A stretch of DNA of 64,000 nucleotides from Octopus vulgaris (GCA_951406725.2 OX597822.1:101742001-101806000); one strand, 5' to 3'; shown: positions 1-18,545, counted from the first letter of the stretch. The notes: generated by a model from the sequence alone, not told the origin. Made by a program: numbers and translations.

Positions 1-381
1 AGTGAACAACATTTGACTTTTGATTATAAGACAGTTACTTCAAATTATCTACGAAGCAATGTTCTTAACTGTAATAGCCATGTCAACTTTCGTGAGAGAA
101 ATCATTTAACATATCACTGATTGTCTTAATTCATCATTCGTTCTCTACTCTTGCACAACATCTTGACAAATCGTCATAAATTGTTAATTCATTTTCTATA
201 TCGACCGACATGTAAATTGTGTGACTGGGACATTATATCGAGTCATAACAGCAACAACGAATGATACAAAAATCGATATATTTAAATGGTCAAACTCCTG
301 AGCTGAACTCGAAAACAATCTATGTATGGCTGTATATGTGTATGTATTATGTATGTGAGTGTGTATGTATTATGTATGTGA

Positions 382-423
<42 letters not shown>

Positions 424-605
424 GCATACGCACATGCACACACACACGCACACACACACGCACGCGCATATACATTATTTTATATTTAGTTTCAGGTGAA
501 ATTTTTCTTCTCTCGAAAATGTTAAATAAGACCGTATATAGCTACATTTCATTCAAAACTCTTTAATAAGTGTATATAATTAATAAGTGTATATATGCAT
601 AATTT

Positions 606-701
<96 letters not shown>

Positions 702-782
702 TGTTTCTTTATTAGCCACACAGGGCTGCACACAGATAGAACAAATTACAAGGTAGAGCTTTTCTTTTGAGGGTTAAAAAAA

Positions 783-827
<45 letters not shown>

Positions 828-836
828 GGATGGATG

Positions 837-907
<71 letters not shown>

Positions 908-927
908 GATGGATGGATGGATGGATG

Positions 928-978
<51 letters not shown>

Positions 979-994
979 GATGGATGGATGGATG

Positions 995-1053
<59 letters not shown>

Positions 1054-1070
1054 GGATGGATGGATGGATG

Positions 1071-1152
<82 letters not shown>
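606..1152. repeat. Compound (GATA)n/(GGAT)n microsatellites, interrupted at ~700-785
   Basis: Directly visible tetranucleotide runs; source of the SIYL-repeat pseudo-ORFs. Confidence 0.97.
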
Positions 1153-1319
1153 CATGTAGGTGCGTAGGTAGTGTCATAGAGAAACTGAGCAGCACAGTGG
1201 GTGCTATAGTTAACGAAAATATAAATAGTTTGAGAGAGAGAAAAAAATAAGAACGGCAACAGATCGAAAAGAAAACAAAACGAATTGAAGAAGCAAAATG
1301 GAGGCGAAGCAGTATCTCT

Positions 1320-1733
1320 TTTACTCTTTTACTCTTTTACTCTTTTACTTGTTTCAGTCATTTGACTGCGGCCATGCTGGAGCACAGCCTTTAATCGAGC
1401 AAATCGACCCCGGGACTTATTCTTTTTTTTTGTAAGCCCAGTACTTATTCTATCGGTCTCTTTTGCCGAACCGCTAGGTGGCGGGGACGTAAACACACCA
1501 GCATCGGTTGTCAAGCAATGCTAGGGGGACAAACACAGACACACAAACATATACACACACACACTTATATATATATATACATATATACGACAGGCTTCTT
1601 TCAGTTTCCGTCCACCAAATCCACTCACAAGGCATTGGTCGGCCCGGGGCTATAGCAGAAGACACTTGCCCAAGATGCCACGCAGTGGGACTGAACCCGG
1701 AACCATGTGGTTGGTTAGCAAGCTACTTACCAC
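1320..1733 (-). mobile_element. tRNA-derived CORE-like SINE (family S2), extreme 5' end missing
   Basis: Minus strand has a B-box-like GGTTCAGTCCC, CTTGGGCAAGT, a central CA/TA tract and an (AGTAAAAG)n tail; colinear with the copies at 38637 and 54378. Confidence 0.85.
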
Positions 1734-1944
1734 TGTGTTTGCATGTGTGCTTGTATTTGTCTGTGCATGTGTTTGTTGCGTGTGTGCGTACGGGTGTGTG
1801 TGTGTGTACGTGTTTGTGCGTGCGTGTGCATGCGTATGTGATTTTAATCGCATGGAATTCACTGTTAGCTTTGAATTATTTAAAACAATATAGAAAATAA
1901 AAGAAATCATTAGGTCTGATGTCTCAGTCTATCTATACTTATAT

Positions 1945-2332
1945 GTGGAGGCGCAATGGCCCAGTGGTTAGGGCAGCGGACTCGCGGTCATAGGATCGCG
2001 GTTTCGATTCCCAGACCGGGCGTTGTGAGTGTTTATTGAGCGAAAACACCTAAAGCTCTACGAGACTCCGGCAGGGGATGGTGGTGATCCCTGCTGTACT
2101 CTTTCACCACAACTTTCTCTCACTCTTACTTCCTGTTTCTGTTGTATCTGTATTTCAAAGGGCCGGCCTTGTCACTCTCGGTGTCACGCTGAATATCCCC
2201 GAGAACTACGTTAGGGGTACACGTGTCTGTGGAGTGCTCAGCCACTTACACGTTAATTTCACGTGCAGGCTGTTCCGTTGATTCGGATCAACCGGAACCC
2301 TCGTCGTCGTAACCGACGGAGTGCTTCCATCC
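1945..2332 (+). mobile_element. tRNA-derived SINE (family S1, octopus OR-like), full length
   Basis: Head GTGGAGGCGCAATGGCCCAGTGG...GGTTTCGATTCCC (A/B boxes); TSD ATACTTATAT at 1935-1944 and 2333-2342; copies at 44088, 45071, 50922. Confidence 0.92.
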
Positions 2333-3784
2333 ATACTTATATATTTGTCTATCATCCATTTTTATTTTAATATGACTGCATATTCTCAATGTGTGAAAAT
2401 TTTTAAGTTAGAATTTTTGATAATGCAAACATCTGCGTTGTTACCTCGCTTTCTTTCCTTTAAATGTTTTGATTCGTATTTTATTTCATTATTACAGTTA
2501 TATAAACAAAACGTTTGTAAAAGTAAATTTAGCATTATTATTTTATGAAATAGAAGTAAAAAAAAATTGTCAATTATCAAAGAATAGTTACCTAATTGAA
2601 TAGTAAACTATATTAGTGCACTACAATGTTAACCACGTAACATTGCAAGTATACTTTAGCCACCAGGGTAAATAGTCAATATTAATATAAAATATTATAA
2701 ATGTACATAAATATACGTACAAGCATACATATAGACACGTAAATATATGGCTACGTAAACCTATTGTTTTCTCTATCTCCTTCTAGCAATTGTTTATCAA
2801 GTTTATACTTCCACTTAAACTGTAATTTTCTTTACGTGTATGAGTGAATAAACATGCGTCACGCAGCTTTTATCGTCGTCACCATTGCTCTACCAACACC
2901 TTTCAATTCCAACGTTCTTCAAGCGACTTAAACATCTTTTAACTCTGTATTTTTTCTTATCTCCCTTACTCTCTCTTTGTACGATGTAAAATGCGATTTG
3001 AGATTCAGCCAACGCTTATATCAGCTCGATTAATATTACATAAAGATTCTAAGATTCCTCTAGATCGTTATTCATGCTTTTTGTTAAAATAGATGCGTTT
3101 TTCCAAGCCAAATTATTCTTTCAGCTCATTTTCGTTGAATTTAGGCACATTATCTAATCTGTTAAGTGTGTTCTCTATTTTATATAAATATCTGTAAATG
3201 TCTCCAGCTGTATTTATGAGGCTTATTGAGGTAGGAACACGCATCCGCATTTTCTCCTCTTGTGTCCAGACAATTAGACGGTCTTCTTTAATAGCACATC
3301 AGCTTGGGAGTACTCTTAATTCTTGAGATTATCTCTAGCTGCCATTGTTCTATTTTTTATTTACTTTTTACTTCCTCCCGACATAAGCAAAAAACAAAGT
3401 CTTGCAGATGCACAAGGTACAAGCGCATCTTTGATGTAGGTCTCAGGAAGTGCCACTCTAATGTTTAAAACTCTAAATGTTACTTTCTGGAAAGTTCCCT
3501 CATAACACGCAGGTTAAATCAGGTTTGAATTCATGCAAGAATGCTCTGTTTATATTTGTCTGCAATGCTTTTTGTACTTCCTCTAAACAATCCAAGTATT
3601 AGCATTATTGCGAGTGATAACGAAAGGACTTTGGAGAAACAGTCTCATTAATTTACCGATCAATTAATCAAACACTCGATGAGTAAATTTGTTAAGTGTT
3701 TTAAACGATAAAACACTGCTCCGAAATCTATCCAAAAACATCGGGAATAAAGACAACAAATGAAACCTAAAATAACTGACAAGG

Positions 3785-4052
3785 TGTTGGACTATATCCG
3801 AATAAGTAATACTTCTTAAAATTTATTTCTATTTTCTAAATGAAATTATGTATTTTAACAGTGTATCATCTCCATCACTCGCACAACACGTGTAAACACG
3901 CTCGCCAGACTGACTATTCCACACACATGGACTATAACCGAGTACGTAATACTCATTAAAAATGTTGGACTATTTCTATTTTCCAATTATAATGATGTAT
4001 TTTAACTGTGCATCATCTCCATAATTCGCACAATACATGTAAGCACGTTCGC
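3785..4052. repeat. Imperfect ~120-bp direct repeat, two copies
   Basis: GGACTATA..CCGA..GTAATACT...TATTTCTATTTTC...GTATTTTAAC.GTG.ATCATCTCCAT...TCGCACAA at ~3785-3905 and ~3928-4052. Confidence 0.75.
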
Positions 4053-4099
4053 TATATTACGTCCCCAATCAACATACACAAAAAAGAAAAAATAAATTA

Positions 4100-6950
4100 T
4101 ATAATACCCGTATTATTCAACCCAAGGATAACAAACGGGAAGTACGTACTTTAAGCTTGTTTCACAAGAAGTACGAAAAACTACACGTGTAAAACCATTT
4201 AACACCAGTAATAAATGGACCTGTACTCTATGAAAATGATGACCATCAAAATAAAGGACCGGACGTTATTCCTCACGTCCCGCAAATAAAATCAAAAAAA
4301 GCATAAATGGACACGCGAGGAATATATTTCAATCCTACACACTTATTTTATATCAGTGCTCTACCCACAGAACGGAAAGACAAAATATAAAAATCCAGAA
4401 GAAGAATAACCTGGATAGCGATTTAGACACAACACTGAACCCTAATAAACTAGCCAACATGCGGGGATATATTCTCAAAACGACAAAAAGTTTTAAAAAT
4501 CAGAAATAGAAATAGAAAACTTAAAAGTAAAAATACGCGAAGAAAATGTAGATAGTAACCACACATCATTGTCAAATAATACCATAAGCATTGAGAAGGT
4601 AAAATACGAAAACAGACGTCACATGTCCAACAAAAACGAGGTAAACAACGAAAGACAACAAACCCAAACCGCAGGAATGTATAATGATGAAGAAAATGCA
4701 CCAAACCAGAACACCACAGACAAAAATATGAACGGGAGGGAGTACGAAGCAAATCTAAAAACTTCTGGTTACAATATCTAACAAGAATATATAAAACGTT
4801 GGCTGAGAAAGTTAATGAAATACTAGCAGAGCCAGAGACAATGCTTGAATGGCTCACGGAAGGGAAAAGTATCCTAATTCCCGTATAAACTGAAACGGCA
4901 AACCTACAAAATTACAGAACAATAACTTGTCTCCCTACAATTTACAAAGCCTTTACTGCAATAATATCGTAGAGAATGGGCAAGCATCTGGAAGAAAACA
5001 ACCTGTTTCCAGAAGAGTAGACGGGATGATGCAAGGGCTCATAAGGCTGTAAAGATCAGCTACTGATCAATAAAGCCATAACTGAAGACATCCACAGACA
5101 GAAGAAAGGTTTAAATATAGCTTCGATAGATTATCGAAAGAATTTTGATAGTATTCCCCACACTTGGCTCCTAGAAACACTAAAAACACAAGGTAGCACC
5201 AATAATCATAAAATATATAAGACATATCATGAATAAGTGGCAGACAGTGCTTCGGCTCCAGACAAAGAGCGTTTCATAAAAGTCAAAGCCATCCCAATTA
5301 GAAGAGGAATATTCCAGGGAGTCACGCTCTCTGCACTTATTTCCTGCTTGGCACAGACACCTTTAAATGACATGCTAAACAGAATTGGATGTGGATACAA
5401 GTGTTACGGCAAAACAATTAACCATCACTTGCATTTGGATGAGGTAAAACCGTATGATACAAATGATAAACAGCTGGAAACATCACTACAGAGAGTACAT
5501 GGATTTACTAAAGAAATAATCAGGAAATTTGGCATAGAAAAATGTGCCAAAGCAACTTCGAGAAAAGTAAAACTAGTTAAGAGTAGCAACATTACACTAG
5601 ATAAAGCAAATGAAATAAGAAAATTAGACCAAAGCCAGATATACAAATATGTAGGAATCAATGAACAAGATACGATACAACACACATAAATGAAAGAGAA
5701 GATAGGAAAGAATACTAAAGACGAGTTAGATTCATACAGAAAACAAAGCTCAATGCGAAAAACAAGATAATAGGTATCAGTACTCTGGCTGTCCCTGTTA
5801 TAAGTTACAGCTACAATGTTCTTAACTTGACTCTAAATGAAATAGTCAAATTAGACAGGAAGACAAGAAAAATAATGACAGGATTTAGGATGTACCACCC
5901 AAAATATGACATAGAAAGGATATACATACAAAGTATCGAAGGTGGTAGAGGCCTTATACAGCTAGAAAACTATTACAAAATAATATCATAGGACTACAGA
6001 AATACCTACTTCAGAAACAAATAAAACGAATGCAAATGGCCACAAAACACAAACAAAACAAAGACCTGTTTTCTGTTTTTAAGGAAGCTGAAAAATACGA
6101 AAAAGAAGTCATAGTACCTAACAACTATGAAGAAAAAGATAAAACGACAAAAGCTGTAAAACAACTAAAATCCAAACTAAAACTGGAGTAGCAACGTATC
6201 ATGATAAAACGATGGCAAGAAAAGCTCCTACATGGCAAATATTAGGTTAAGCTGAACAGAAAAGAAATAGTGAAAGTAAAATCTCAACAATAGCTGAGAA
6301 GCTCCGGACTCAAAGCAAAGACTAAATGATTTTTAATTGCAGCAGAAGATGAAAGCCTTCCCACCAGTTCTGGCTAAGAAAGAATATATTCACAGACACG
6401 ACAGAGTTGGGGCCTAGATGCACTGGAAGCTATACCAACATTATGGAATAACAACAGAAAAACGATGGTATAGACACACGCCAGAAAAGGTCACAGAAAA
6501 TGAGAAAGCAACAATATTCTGGGATATGTTAATACACACAGATAGAGAAATTAAGGCCAATAAGCCGGATATAGTTGTCGTGCTTTCTAATCGATGTATC
6601 AATAGTAACAGATGACAATGTTTCTCTAAAAGAAACGGAAAAATTTTCAAAAAACAAAGATCTGGAAATAGAAGTAAATCGAATGCGGAGCCTAAAGACA
6701 ATTCCTATTACAGTAGGCGTAGTAGATATGGTAAAAAATTATTCGCACAAATACATAACTAAACACCAGGTCTAACAAGTATATATAACATGCAGAAAAT
6801 AGCCCTACTAGGCACTGCACACATCCTACGTAAAACACTTTCAATACAGTAAAAATAAGAGCATCACAACAAACCACAGCACATACCAAAGGCAAACAGA
6901 GCTACGCTCAGTCGTTCAGTGAGAGCATATCATAAAAATAAGACTACTGA
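4100..6950 (+). mobile_element. Decayed, internally deleted near-full-length R4/Dong-clade non-LTR retrotransposon (lineage A)
   Basis: Across stops/frameshifts: N-terminal KWTREEY..NKLANMR; RT motifs NYRTITCLPTIYK, GCKDQLLINK, IDYRKNFDSIPH, RRGIFQG, HLHLDEVK (degenerate YMDD); RLE motifs HRHDRVG, WDMLIHTDREIKANKPDIVV, GTAHILRK; 3' UTR ends ACTACTGA then (ATA)n; 5' boundary approximate. Confidence 0.9.
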
Positions 6951-6968
6951 ATAATAATAATAATAATG

Positions 6969-7023
<55 letters not shown>

Positions 7024-7025
<2 letters not shown>

Positions 7026-8309
7026 TCTGCCAAGAAAAGAGGGAGGCCGTGGTCTTTTGCAACTGGCAATAACAATGAAGATTGCTACAATTGGCCTAGA
7101 CACCTACCTGAAAAACTCTGAGGACTGGATGTTAAAACTTGTCTCAAAACATGAAAACAAGAAAGCATCATACTCAGTCACAAAACAGGCAAAGGAATAT
7201 CTAAGTGAATTCCGAATACAACCAATTTCGGAATTAGAGATAGACATACAAGAAACAAGCACAGAAAAAGCTAGGCGCATGAAAACCCGTGCCAAAACTG
7301 CGGCCTTAGATATTCTGAATAATAAATGGCAAGAAAAACCTCTCTATGGCAAATACCCAAAGAGAGCGAATAATGCAGATATCGACAAAGCCCTGACCCA
7401 TCAATGGCTAATGGCCTCTGGCTTAAAATCTGAAACAGAGGGGTTTATCATAGCAGCTCAAGATCAATGCCTACCAACAAGAAACTACCAGGCCAACATA
7501 TTAAAGATCAGAAGCAGTCCAACGTGTCGTGTATGCAAGCAACAAAATGAAACCATTGACCATGTGGTCTCCAAGTGCAGTCTTCTAGCGCCTACAGAGT
7601 ATCTCAACAGGCACGATAGAGCTGCACAATATATTCACTGGGTAATCTGTAAAAACCTGGATTTGCCCCATGAAAAAAACTGGTGGGAACACAAACCACC
7701 CCCAGTGCTTGAAAATGACCACATCTCACTCCTCTGGAACTTCACCATTCAAACTGACAGGAAGATAGATGCAAATAGGCCAGACATCATATTGAAAGAC
7801 TTCAAACAAAGAACATGCCTCCTCATTGATATGACTGTCCCAATCGATATAAACGTATCTGTCAGGACCTACCAAAAACTGAGCAAATATAAAGATCTTG
7901 AAATAGAAATCAGTAAAATGTGGAAGCTGAAGACTAAAACAATACCTGTTGTCATAGGTGCCCTGGGAATGATAGCAAAAGGGGCTGATAGCTACCTAAC
8001 TCAGATACCAGGAAACCCAAAAATGGCAGAAGTTCAAAAGATAGTGCTCATGGGAACTGCTCATATCCTACGCAAAATACTCTCTATGTAACCTCAAGGT
8101 TTAAAACAACCATAATTTTCGGTTTAAAAAAAAAAAAAAAAAAAAACTTTTTTTTTTTTTAGACATTCATTAGTACAACATCCCCACCCCCCAAATATAT
8201 GGCACACTAGGCATAACAACAACATGAACTTCCAACCCTGTTGTCTCTTGAGGTCTCTGGGTGAGACTTGGAGCCAACTTGTACAAATATAAAGCAAAAG
8301 TCAAACATA

Positions 8310-8310
<1 letters not shown>
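7024..8310 (+). mobile_element. 5'-truncated young R4/Dong element (lineage B)
   Basis: Starts YLPRKEGGRGL directly after (AAT)n; unbroken frame to 8091; 3' UTR ends CAAACATAG then (AAT)n. Confidence 0.93.
7057..8091 (+). CDS. Stop-free C-terminal part of an R4/Dong ORF: thumb/linker, CCHC zinc knuckle and RLE; no true start
   Basis: LKSETEGFIIAAQDQ, CRVC..ETIDHVVSKC, RHD, RPDII..IDMTVP..KLSKYKDL, GTAHILRK; in-frame TAA at 7021-7023 shows it is a truncated fragment. Confidence 0.85.
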   Translation: MQLAITMKIATIGLDTYLKNSEDWMLKLVSKHENKKASYSVTKQAKEYLSEFRIQPISELEIDIQETSTEKARRMKTRAKTAALDILNNKWQEKPLYGKYPKRANNADIDKALTHQWLMASGLKSETEGFIIAAQDQCLPTRNYQANILKIRSSPTCRVCKQQNETIDHVVSKCSLLAPTEYLNRHDRAAQYIHWVICKNLDLPHEKNWWEHKPPPVLENDHISLLWNFTIQTDRKIDANRPDIILKDFKQRTCLLIDMTVPIDINVSVRTYQKLSKYKDLEIEISKMWKLKTKTIPVVIGALGMIAKGADSYLTQIPGNPKMAEVQKIVLMGTAHILRKILSM

Positions 8311-8356
<46 letters not shown>

Positions 8357-8383
8357 ATAATAATAATAATAATAATGATAATA

Positions 8384-8601
8384 ATGATAAAAATATTCAG
8401 ACAAATACATAACAAAAACACCAGGACTTACACATATAACATACAGAAAATTGCACTACTAGGCACTGCACACATCCTACGCAGAGCACTTTCCATACAA
8501 TAACCATCAGAGCATCACAACAAATCACAGCACATACCCAAGGCACACAGAGCTGCGCTCGGTAGTGAAGTGAAAGCACGCTATAAAAATAAAACTACTG
8601 A
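8384..8601 (+). mobile_element. R4/Dong lineage A 3' fragment
   Basis: IQKIALLGTAHILRR plus lineage A 3' UTR; (AAT)n on both sides. Confidence 0.9.
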
Positions 8602-8604
8602 ATG

Positions 8605-8650
<46 letters not shown>

Positions 8651-9719
8651 AAGTGAAACAGAACTAGTGCGCAGAGCGTGTGTTTCTTATTCCAATAATT
8701 ATCCTCCCAAGATACAAAATCTTTTCCACTGCATGATTTCACATCAGGAATCTTACAAACCTCATACAAAAATTGTTTCAATATCCCACGCTTGCTGCAC
8801 CAGGAGGTAGATTCATTTGAAAAATAAAGGCATTTTCCTTTTTCTCAGCATAAGTGACAGAAAATTACATGAATACGAAAGGCGTCAATGCAGTGTGTGA
8901 AACAAAAATGAATATAAATTCTTTGAATCGTGTTTGACAATATACTGCATTATTCGAGTTTAGCTTCGGAGAATTATGTTCTATTCAATGTATGGAATTT
9001 TAACAAGAATCTGCATTTGGAAATCATCACATATAAATTGTTTTTATGTCTTTATTTTATTGTACTTCTCCAGATATAAGTTACATCTTTGGGCTAAATT
9101 CTCACGTTAAAGAATAAGATATATTTGTTAATTCTTCAACGAGTTCAAAATGCCTAAACTTCTTTCTTCGAGAAAATATCAAAAAGTTTTAAAATTATAT
9201 AAAAGGAAAACTTTAGATGTTGTTTTGACTTTTATAAATTTCAAAAACAATTCATATATTAGATGATACCCGATACAAGGTATCACTTATACCTGCCAGC
9301 TATCTAAAGTTAGAAATTCCAAACTTTCAAATTATTCACCGATGATTTTTACCTTGTTTGAAGTAAAATCGGAGTTTAAAAAGGAAAAACAAACAACTTT
9401 CAACAGTTACATCTTCATGATATTATATATAAATAAAAACGTGATTAATACATCGAAATATAAATATCAGGATATGATGATAGCAAGCAACAAACAATCA
9501 TACAACCCAAACATTATTACAAACATGCAAATAGATACAAGTAGAGGAATTACAATTATGCAAAGCATACAGAAAAATGCATTACAATTCACGGCGAACA
9601 GAGTACTGGTGGGTGCAGTAGAAAAATGCTGTACTTTTTAATACAGTAGAAAATACAAAACAAAGTACGTCAGAGCTGAGTACAGAAGTACATCGACTTT
9701 AAGAAATTGCAATAACGTA

Positions 9720-10500
<781 letters not shown>

Positions 10501-10504
<4 letters not shown>

Positions 10505-12117
10505 GCAGCAGCAATAAAATCTGTGTTATTGATTGACACGAACATATCCTGTGACCATAATATCTCTGCAAAAGAATGTGATAAGCTCATAAAATATAAT
10601 GATTTACTAATCGAAATCGAAAACGTATGGCATCTCAAGACGGTTATAATACCAGTGATTGTAGGAGCACTTGCAATGATCAAAACAGGAACTGAAATTT
10701 ATTTAATAATGATCCCTGCTTTACCATCCATGTTAGAAGTGAATTTTCTTTCCCCACTCTATTATATTTGTTTACTTTTTTTTTTCCTTTTTTCATTTTT
10801 CTCTCTGTCTTCCCAATTTTTTCTATCACATGGCTTTGCAAATGAACAATCTGGTGTGTTTATTTTAATGGCCTACCAAAGTATACAATATGTTTCTCTG
10901 TTCTAGGTCTCAGGATGCACACATCCCAGCAACCCGGAGGTGTAGCAGATGATGCCATAGAAATTTGCCTAAAACTTCCAAATGTTGAACGTTGATGATA
11001 ATAATAATAATAATAATAATAATAAGTGAGTTTATGCATAATACCCAGGTTGGACAGAATAAGAGAAGTGCAGCAAAAGTAGTTGCAAAGAAGGTGAAAT
11101 CAATAGCAAAGCAAAATGTTCCTGAACAATTGGTTGATAGGTGGGGACAAAAACCTCTGCATGACAAATATGTGGTCCGTAGCAAACAAGCTGATGTAGA
11201 CCAGAAGCACATCCATCAGTAGCTATGGAATTGAAGGCTAGAGGCAGAGAGAGAAGGTTTTATCTTGGTTTCTTGGCTGCTCAAGATCAGAGCTTGTTGA
11301 CACAGTACTATCAAACCAAGTTGATGAAAAATGGTGTAGAACCAAAGTGCCGATACTTCAATGATGGGATAGAAACAGTAGACCACTTAATGTCTGGATG
11401 TAAGGTGTTAGCACCTGCTGAGTACAAATAAAGACATGATTGAGTTGGCCAATCTTTACATCGGGTGATGTATTGGCGTTATAAAATCAAAACTTCAGAC
11501 TAATGGTACAAGCACCACCCTGAGGCTGTAACAGAGGGAGAAAATGTAACTGTTCTTTGGGATTTCCCAGTATGTACAGATCAGACCATCAAAGCAAATA
11601 AACCAGATATTGTTGTGAAAGACAAAAGTAATAGTCTTTTTATTGATTGTCATGAGCATACCCTGTAACTATAATATCTCGGCAAAAGAATGTGATAGGG
11701 ACAGAAAATATAAAGATCTGCTAAGAGAAGTCGAAAACATGTGGCATATCAAGACGGTTACCATACTACTGACTGTAGGAAGACTTGGAGTGATCAGAAA
11801 AGGAACTGAAAATTAGGAATGATCCCTGGCTTACCGTACATGTAGGAAGTGCAAAACATTGTCTTAACTGGTACGTCGCACATATTGAGAAGAGTATTGT
11901 CGCTGCAAATTTTCTTTTCTTTTCTCCCAACATTATTTTATTTGTTTACTTATGTATTTTTTACTTTTTAATTTTTCTCTGTCTACCCCGTTTTCTCTAT
12001 CATATGACTCTATAAATGAACAATCTGGTGACCTACCAATGTATACAGTACGCTTCTCTGCCCTAGTTGTCAGGAAGACACTCGGCAAGAAATGGAAAAA
12101 GAACTGAAAAAATATGC

Positions 12118-12171
<54 letters not shown>

Positions 12172-12197
12172 TAATAATAATAATAATAATAATAATA

Positions 12198-12244
<47 letters not shown>

Positions 12245-12584
12245 AAGTGGGGGAGCATCATAGCCATGTGTTGAGAGGGATTATTTGGGGTTTGAATAAT
12301 TCACCTCTGGAAACATGGGTGGTTCTTTCAACATCCTTAAACAACCCTTATTCAGGGACCTTTTGAGCGGGATGGGCTACTCAACCAGAGGAAAATTCTA
12401 ACTGGGCCCCACCTGCAAGGTCATGTGCTGTTTATCTTTTTTATGAGATCACCATGTCGCGCACATATGGTTGTGATGCATGTGCCTGATGTACCCTTAT
12501 CAGACGGGTAGTCATGATGGGTATATTGGGCTTCGTATATTTTACGCCAGTGTCACTTTGATGGCATGAACTGCTCTCTCACTC

Positions 12585-12640
<56 letters not shown>

Positions 12641-12700
12641 TAATAATAATGATGATGATGATGATGAGGATGATGGTGATGGTGATGGTGATGGTGATGG

Positions 12701-12736
<36 letters not shown>

Positions 12737-13680
12737 GATCAAGCAGACTGCAAAAACGAACGAGCAGAAACAAATTGACGATCGTTGGAGCCAGAAGCCT
12801 CTGCATGGGCAGTATAAGCTTCGAAGTCGAAATGCTGAGTGATCTATAGATCAATCAACAACACATAAGTGGTCAAGAAGCTCAGGACTGAAAGCAGAGA
12901 CTGAAGATTTCATATTGGTGGAACAAGATCAAAGCTTGCTTACCAAAAACTACCAGTCTAATGCTCTCCAAAACGGTTCTGACCCTAAATGTAGATTCTG
13001 CGACACTTGTGACGAAACTATAAACCATCTCGTCTCGGGATGCACTGCGCTGAAACCAAACGAGTACAAGTATCGCCAGGATAGTGTAGGACAATGTTTA
13101 CACTGGAAAATATGTAAACACTACAAAATCGGCACTCCTGCTTACTGGTATGAACATCATCCTGAGCCAGTCGTTGAAGGTAAAAATGTCACTATACTCG
13201 GTGATTTTTCAGTTAACACTGACAGAACGATCCAGGTAAATCGACCAGACATAGTCATTAAGGACAGGGAAGAAAATGCTTGTTGACTAATAGATGCAAG
13301 TGTTCTCACAGATAAAAATATAACTGTAAAGGAATTTAAGAAATTAATTAAATATAAGGACTTGGAAATTGAAATACAAAATATGTAGTATATTAAAGCG
13401 AGAACTGTTCCTATTATTGTAGGTGCCCTAGGAATGCTAAAAAATGGATGTAAGAAACATTTAGAGAATATCCCAGGAAAACCACGTCTCAGAGAAATCC
13501 AAAAGATTGTGCTGACAAGTACTGGCCACATCCTTAGAAAAACCCAATCAAGATATTTCGCTATTGGGATACTTCCCCTCCCCAAGCTTTCAGTCATACT
13601 GTAAATCTCTTATCTTTTACTGGCCCTAGGACGCTGGGTGTCTCGTTAAATGATCGTAACAAACAAGCGGATTAAAAGGA

Positions 13681-13756
<76 letters not shown>

Positions 13757-14060
13757 TACAAAGACCTGGATATAGAGGTAACCAGAATGTGGAATCTAAA
13801 AACAGAAACAATTCCTATCATAGTAGGTGCATTGGGCATGATAAAAAATATTCAGACAAATACATAACAAAAACACCAAGACTTACAAACACATATAACA
13901 TACAGAAAACTGCACTACTAGGCACTGCACACATCCTACGCAGAACACTTTCCATACAATAACCATCAGAGCATCACAACAAATCACAGCACATACCCAA
14001 GGCACACAGAGCTGCGCTCGGTAGTGAAGTGAAAGCACGCTATAAAAATAAAACTACTGA
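10501..14060 (+). repeat. Cassette unit 1: C(10501-10995), D(11024-12118), E(12246-12584), F(12733-13680), A(13753-14060)
   Basis: R4/Dong 3' fragments separated by (AAT)n/(GAT)n; same order and truncation points as units 2-4. Confidence 0.92.
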
Positions 14061-14078
14061 ATAATAATAATAATAATA

Positions 14079-14223
14079 ATTCATTAGTACAACATCCCAC
14101 CCCCCAAATATATGGCACACTAGGCATAACAACAACATGAACTTCCAACCCTGTTGTCTCTTGAGGTCTCTGGGTGAGACTTGGAGCCAACTTGTACAAA
14201 TATAAAGCAAAAGTCAAACATAG
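14079..14223 (+). mobile_element. R4/Dong lineage B 3' UTR-only fragment
   Basis: Near-identical to ~8165-8310; lies in the (AAT)n between units 1 and 2 only. Confidence 0.9.
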
Positions 14224-14241
14224 AATAATAATAATAAAAAA

Positions 14242-14301
<60 letters not shown>

Positions 14302-14340
14302 TTAAAAAAAACAAAATAAATAATAATAATAATAATAATG

Positions 14341-18020
<3,680 letters not shown>

Positions 18021-18021
<1 letters not shown>

Positions 18022-18545
18022 TCTTGGTATAAAAGATGGGCTACAGCAAATATTCTGCTCAATACCACATGTCTTGGTATAAAAGATGGGCTACAGCAAA
18101 TATTCTGCTCAATACCACAGATTTGCTTGTCAGTTGTTTGACCTTAACCAGTTGAGCATGTCCCTTAGTGGCTGACGATATGTGCATCTCTGATCACGAG
18201 CAGAAGTAGTGGGGGTGCATCATAGCCATGTGTTGAGAGGGATTCTTTGGGGTTTGAATAATTCACCTCTGGAAACATTGGTGGTTCTTTCAACATCCTT
18301 AAACAACCCTTATTCAGGGATCTTTTGAGTGGGATGGGCTACTCAACCTGAAGAAAATTCTGGCTGGGCCCCACCTGCAAGGTCATGTGCTGTTTATCTT
18401 GATATGAGATCACCATGTCGCGCACATATGGTTGTGATGCATGTGCCTGGTGTACCTTTATCAGACGGGTAGTCATGATGGGTCTATTGGGCTTCGTATA
18501 TTTTACCCCAGTGTCACTTTGATGGCATGCACTGCTCTCTCACTC
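18021..18545 (+). mobile_element. Non-coding (AAT)n-associated element E, longer copy with a 50-bp 5' tandem duplication
   Basis: Same 3' end CTCTCTCACTC(AAT)n as other E copies; 18021-18070 repeated at 18071-18120. Confidence 0.8.

Noticed and set aside
261-1259. ORFs of SIYL, YI, CV, poly-I/L/N/Y repeats here and throughout the ORF track
   Set aside because: Translations of microsatellites that lack stops in some frames; no coding evidence
1945-2020. tRNA genes at SINE heads
   Set aside because: A/B boxes are present, but they continue into SINE bodies with TSDs and lack a convincing cloverleaf
6951-7056. Poly-Asn leader fused in frame to the lineage B ORF
   Set aside because: The ORF frame reads TAA at 7021-7023, so the repeat supplies stops, not Asn
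13157-13597. Recurrent 131-146 aa minus-strand ORF (also 17015, 20797, 24612)
   Set aside because: Antisense shadow of the F-lineage RLE region; recurrence is explained by recent duplication
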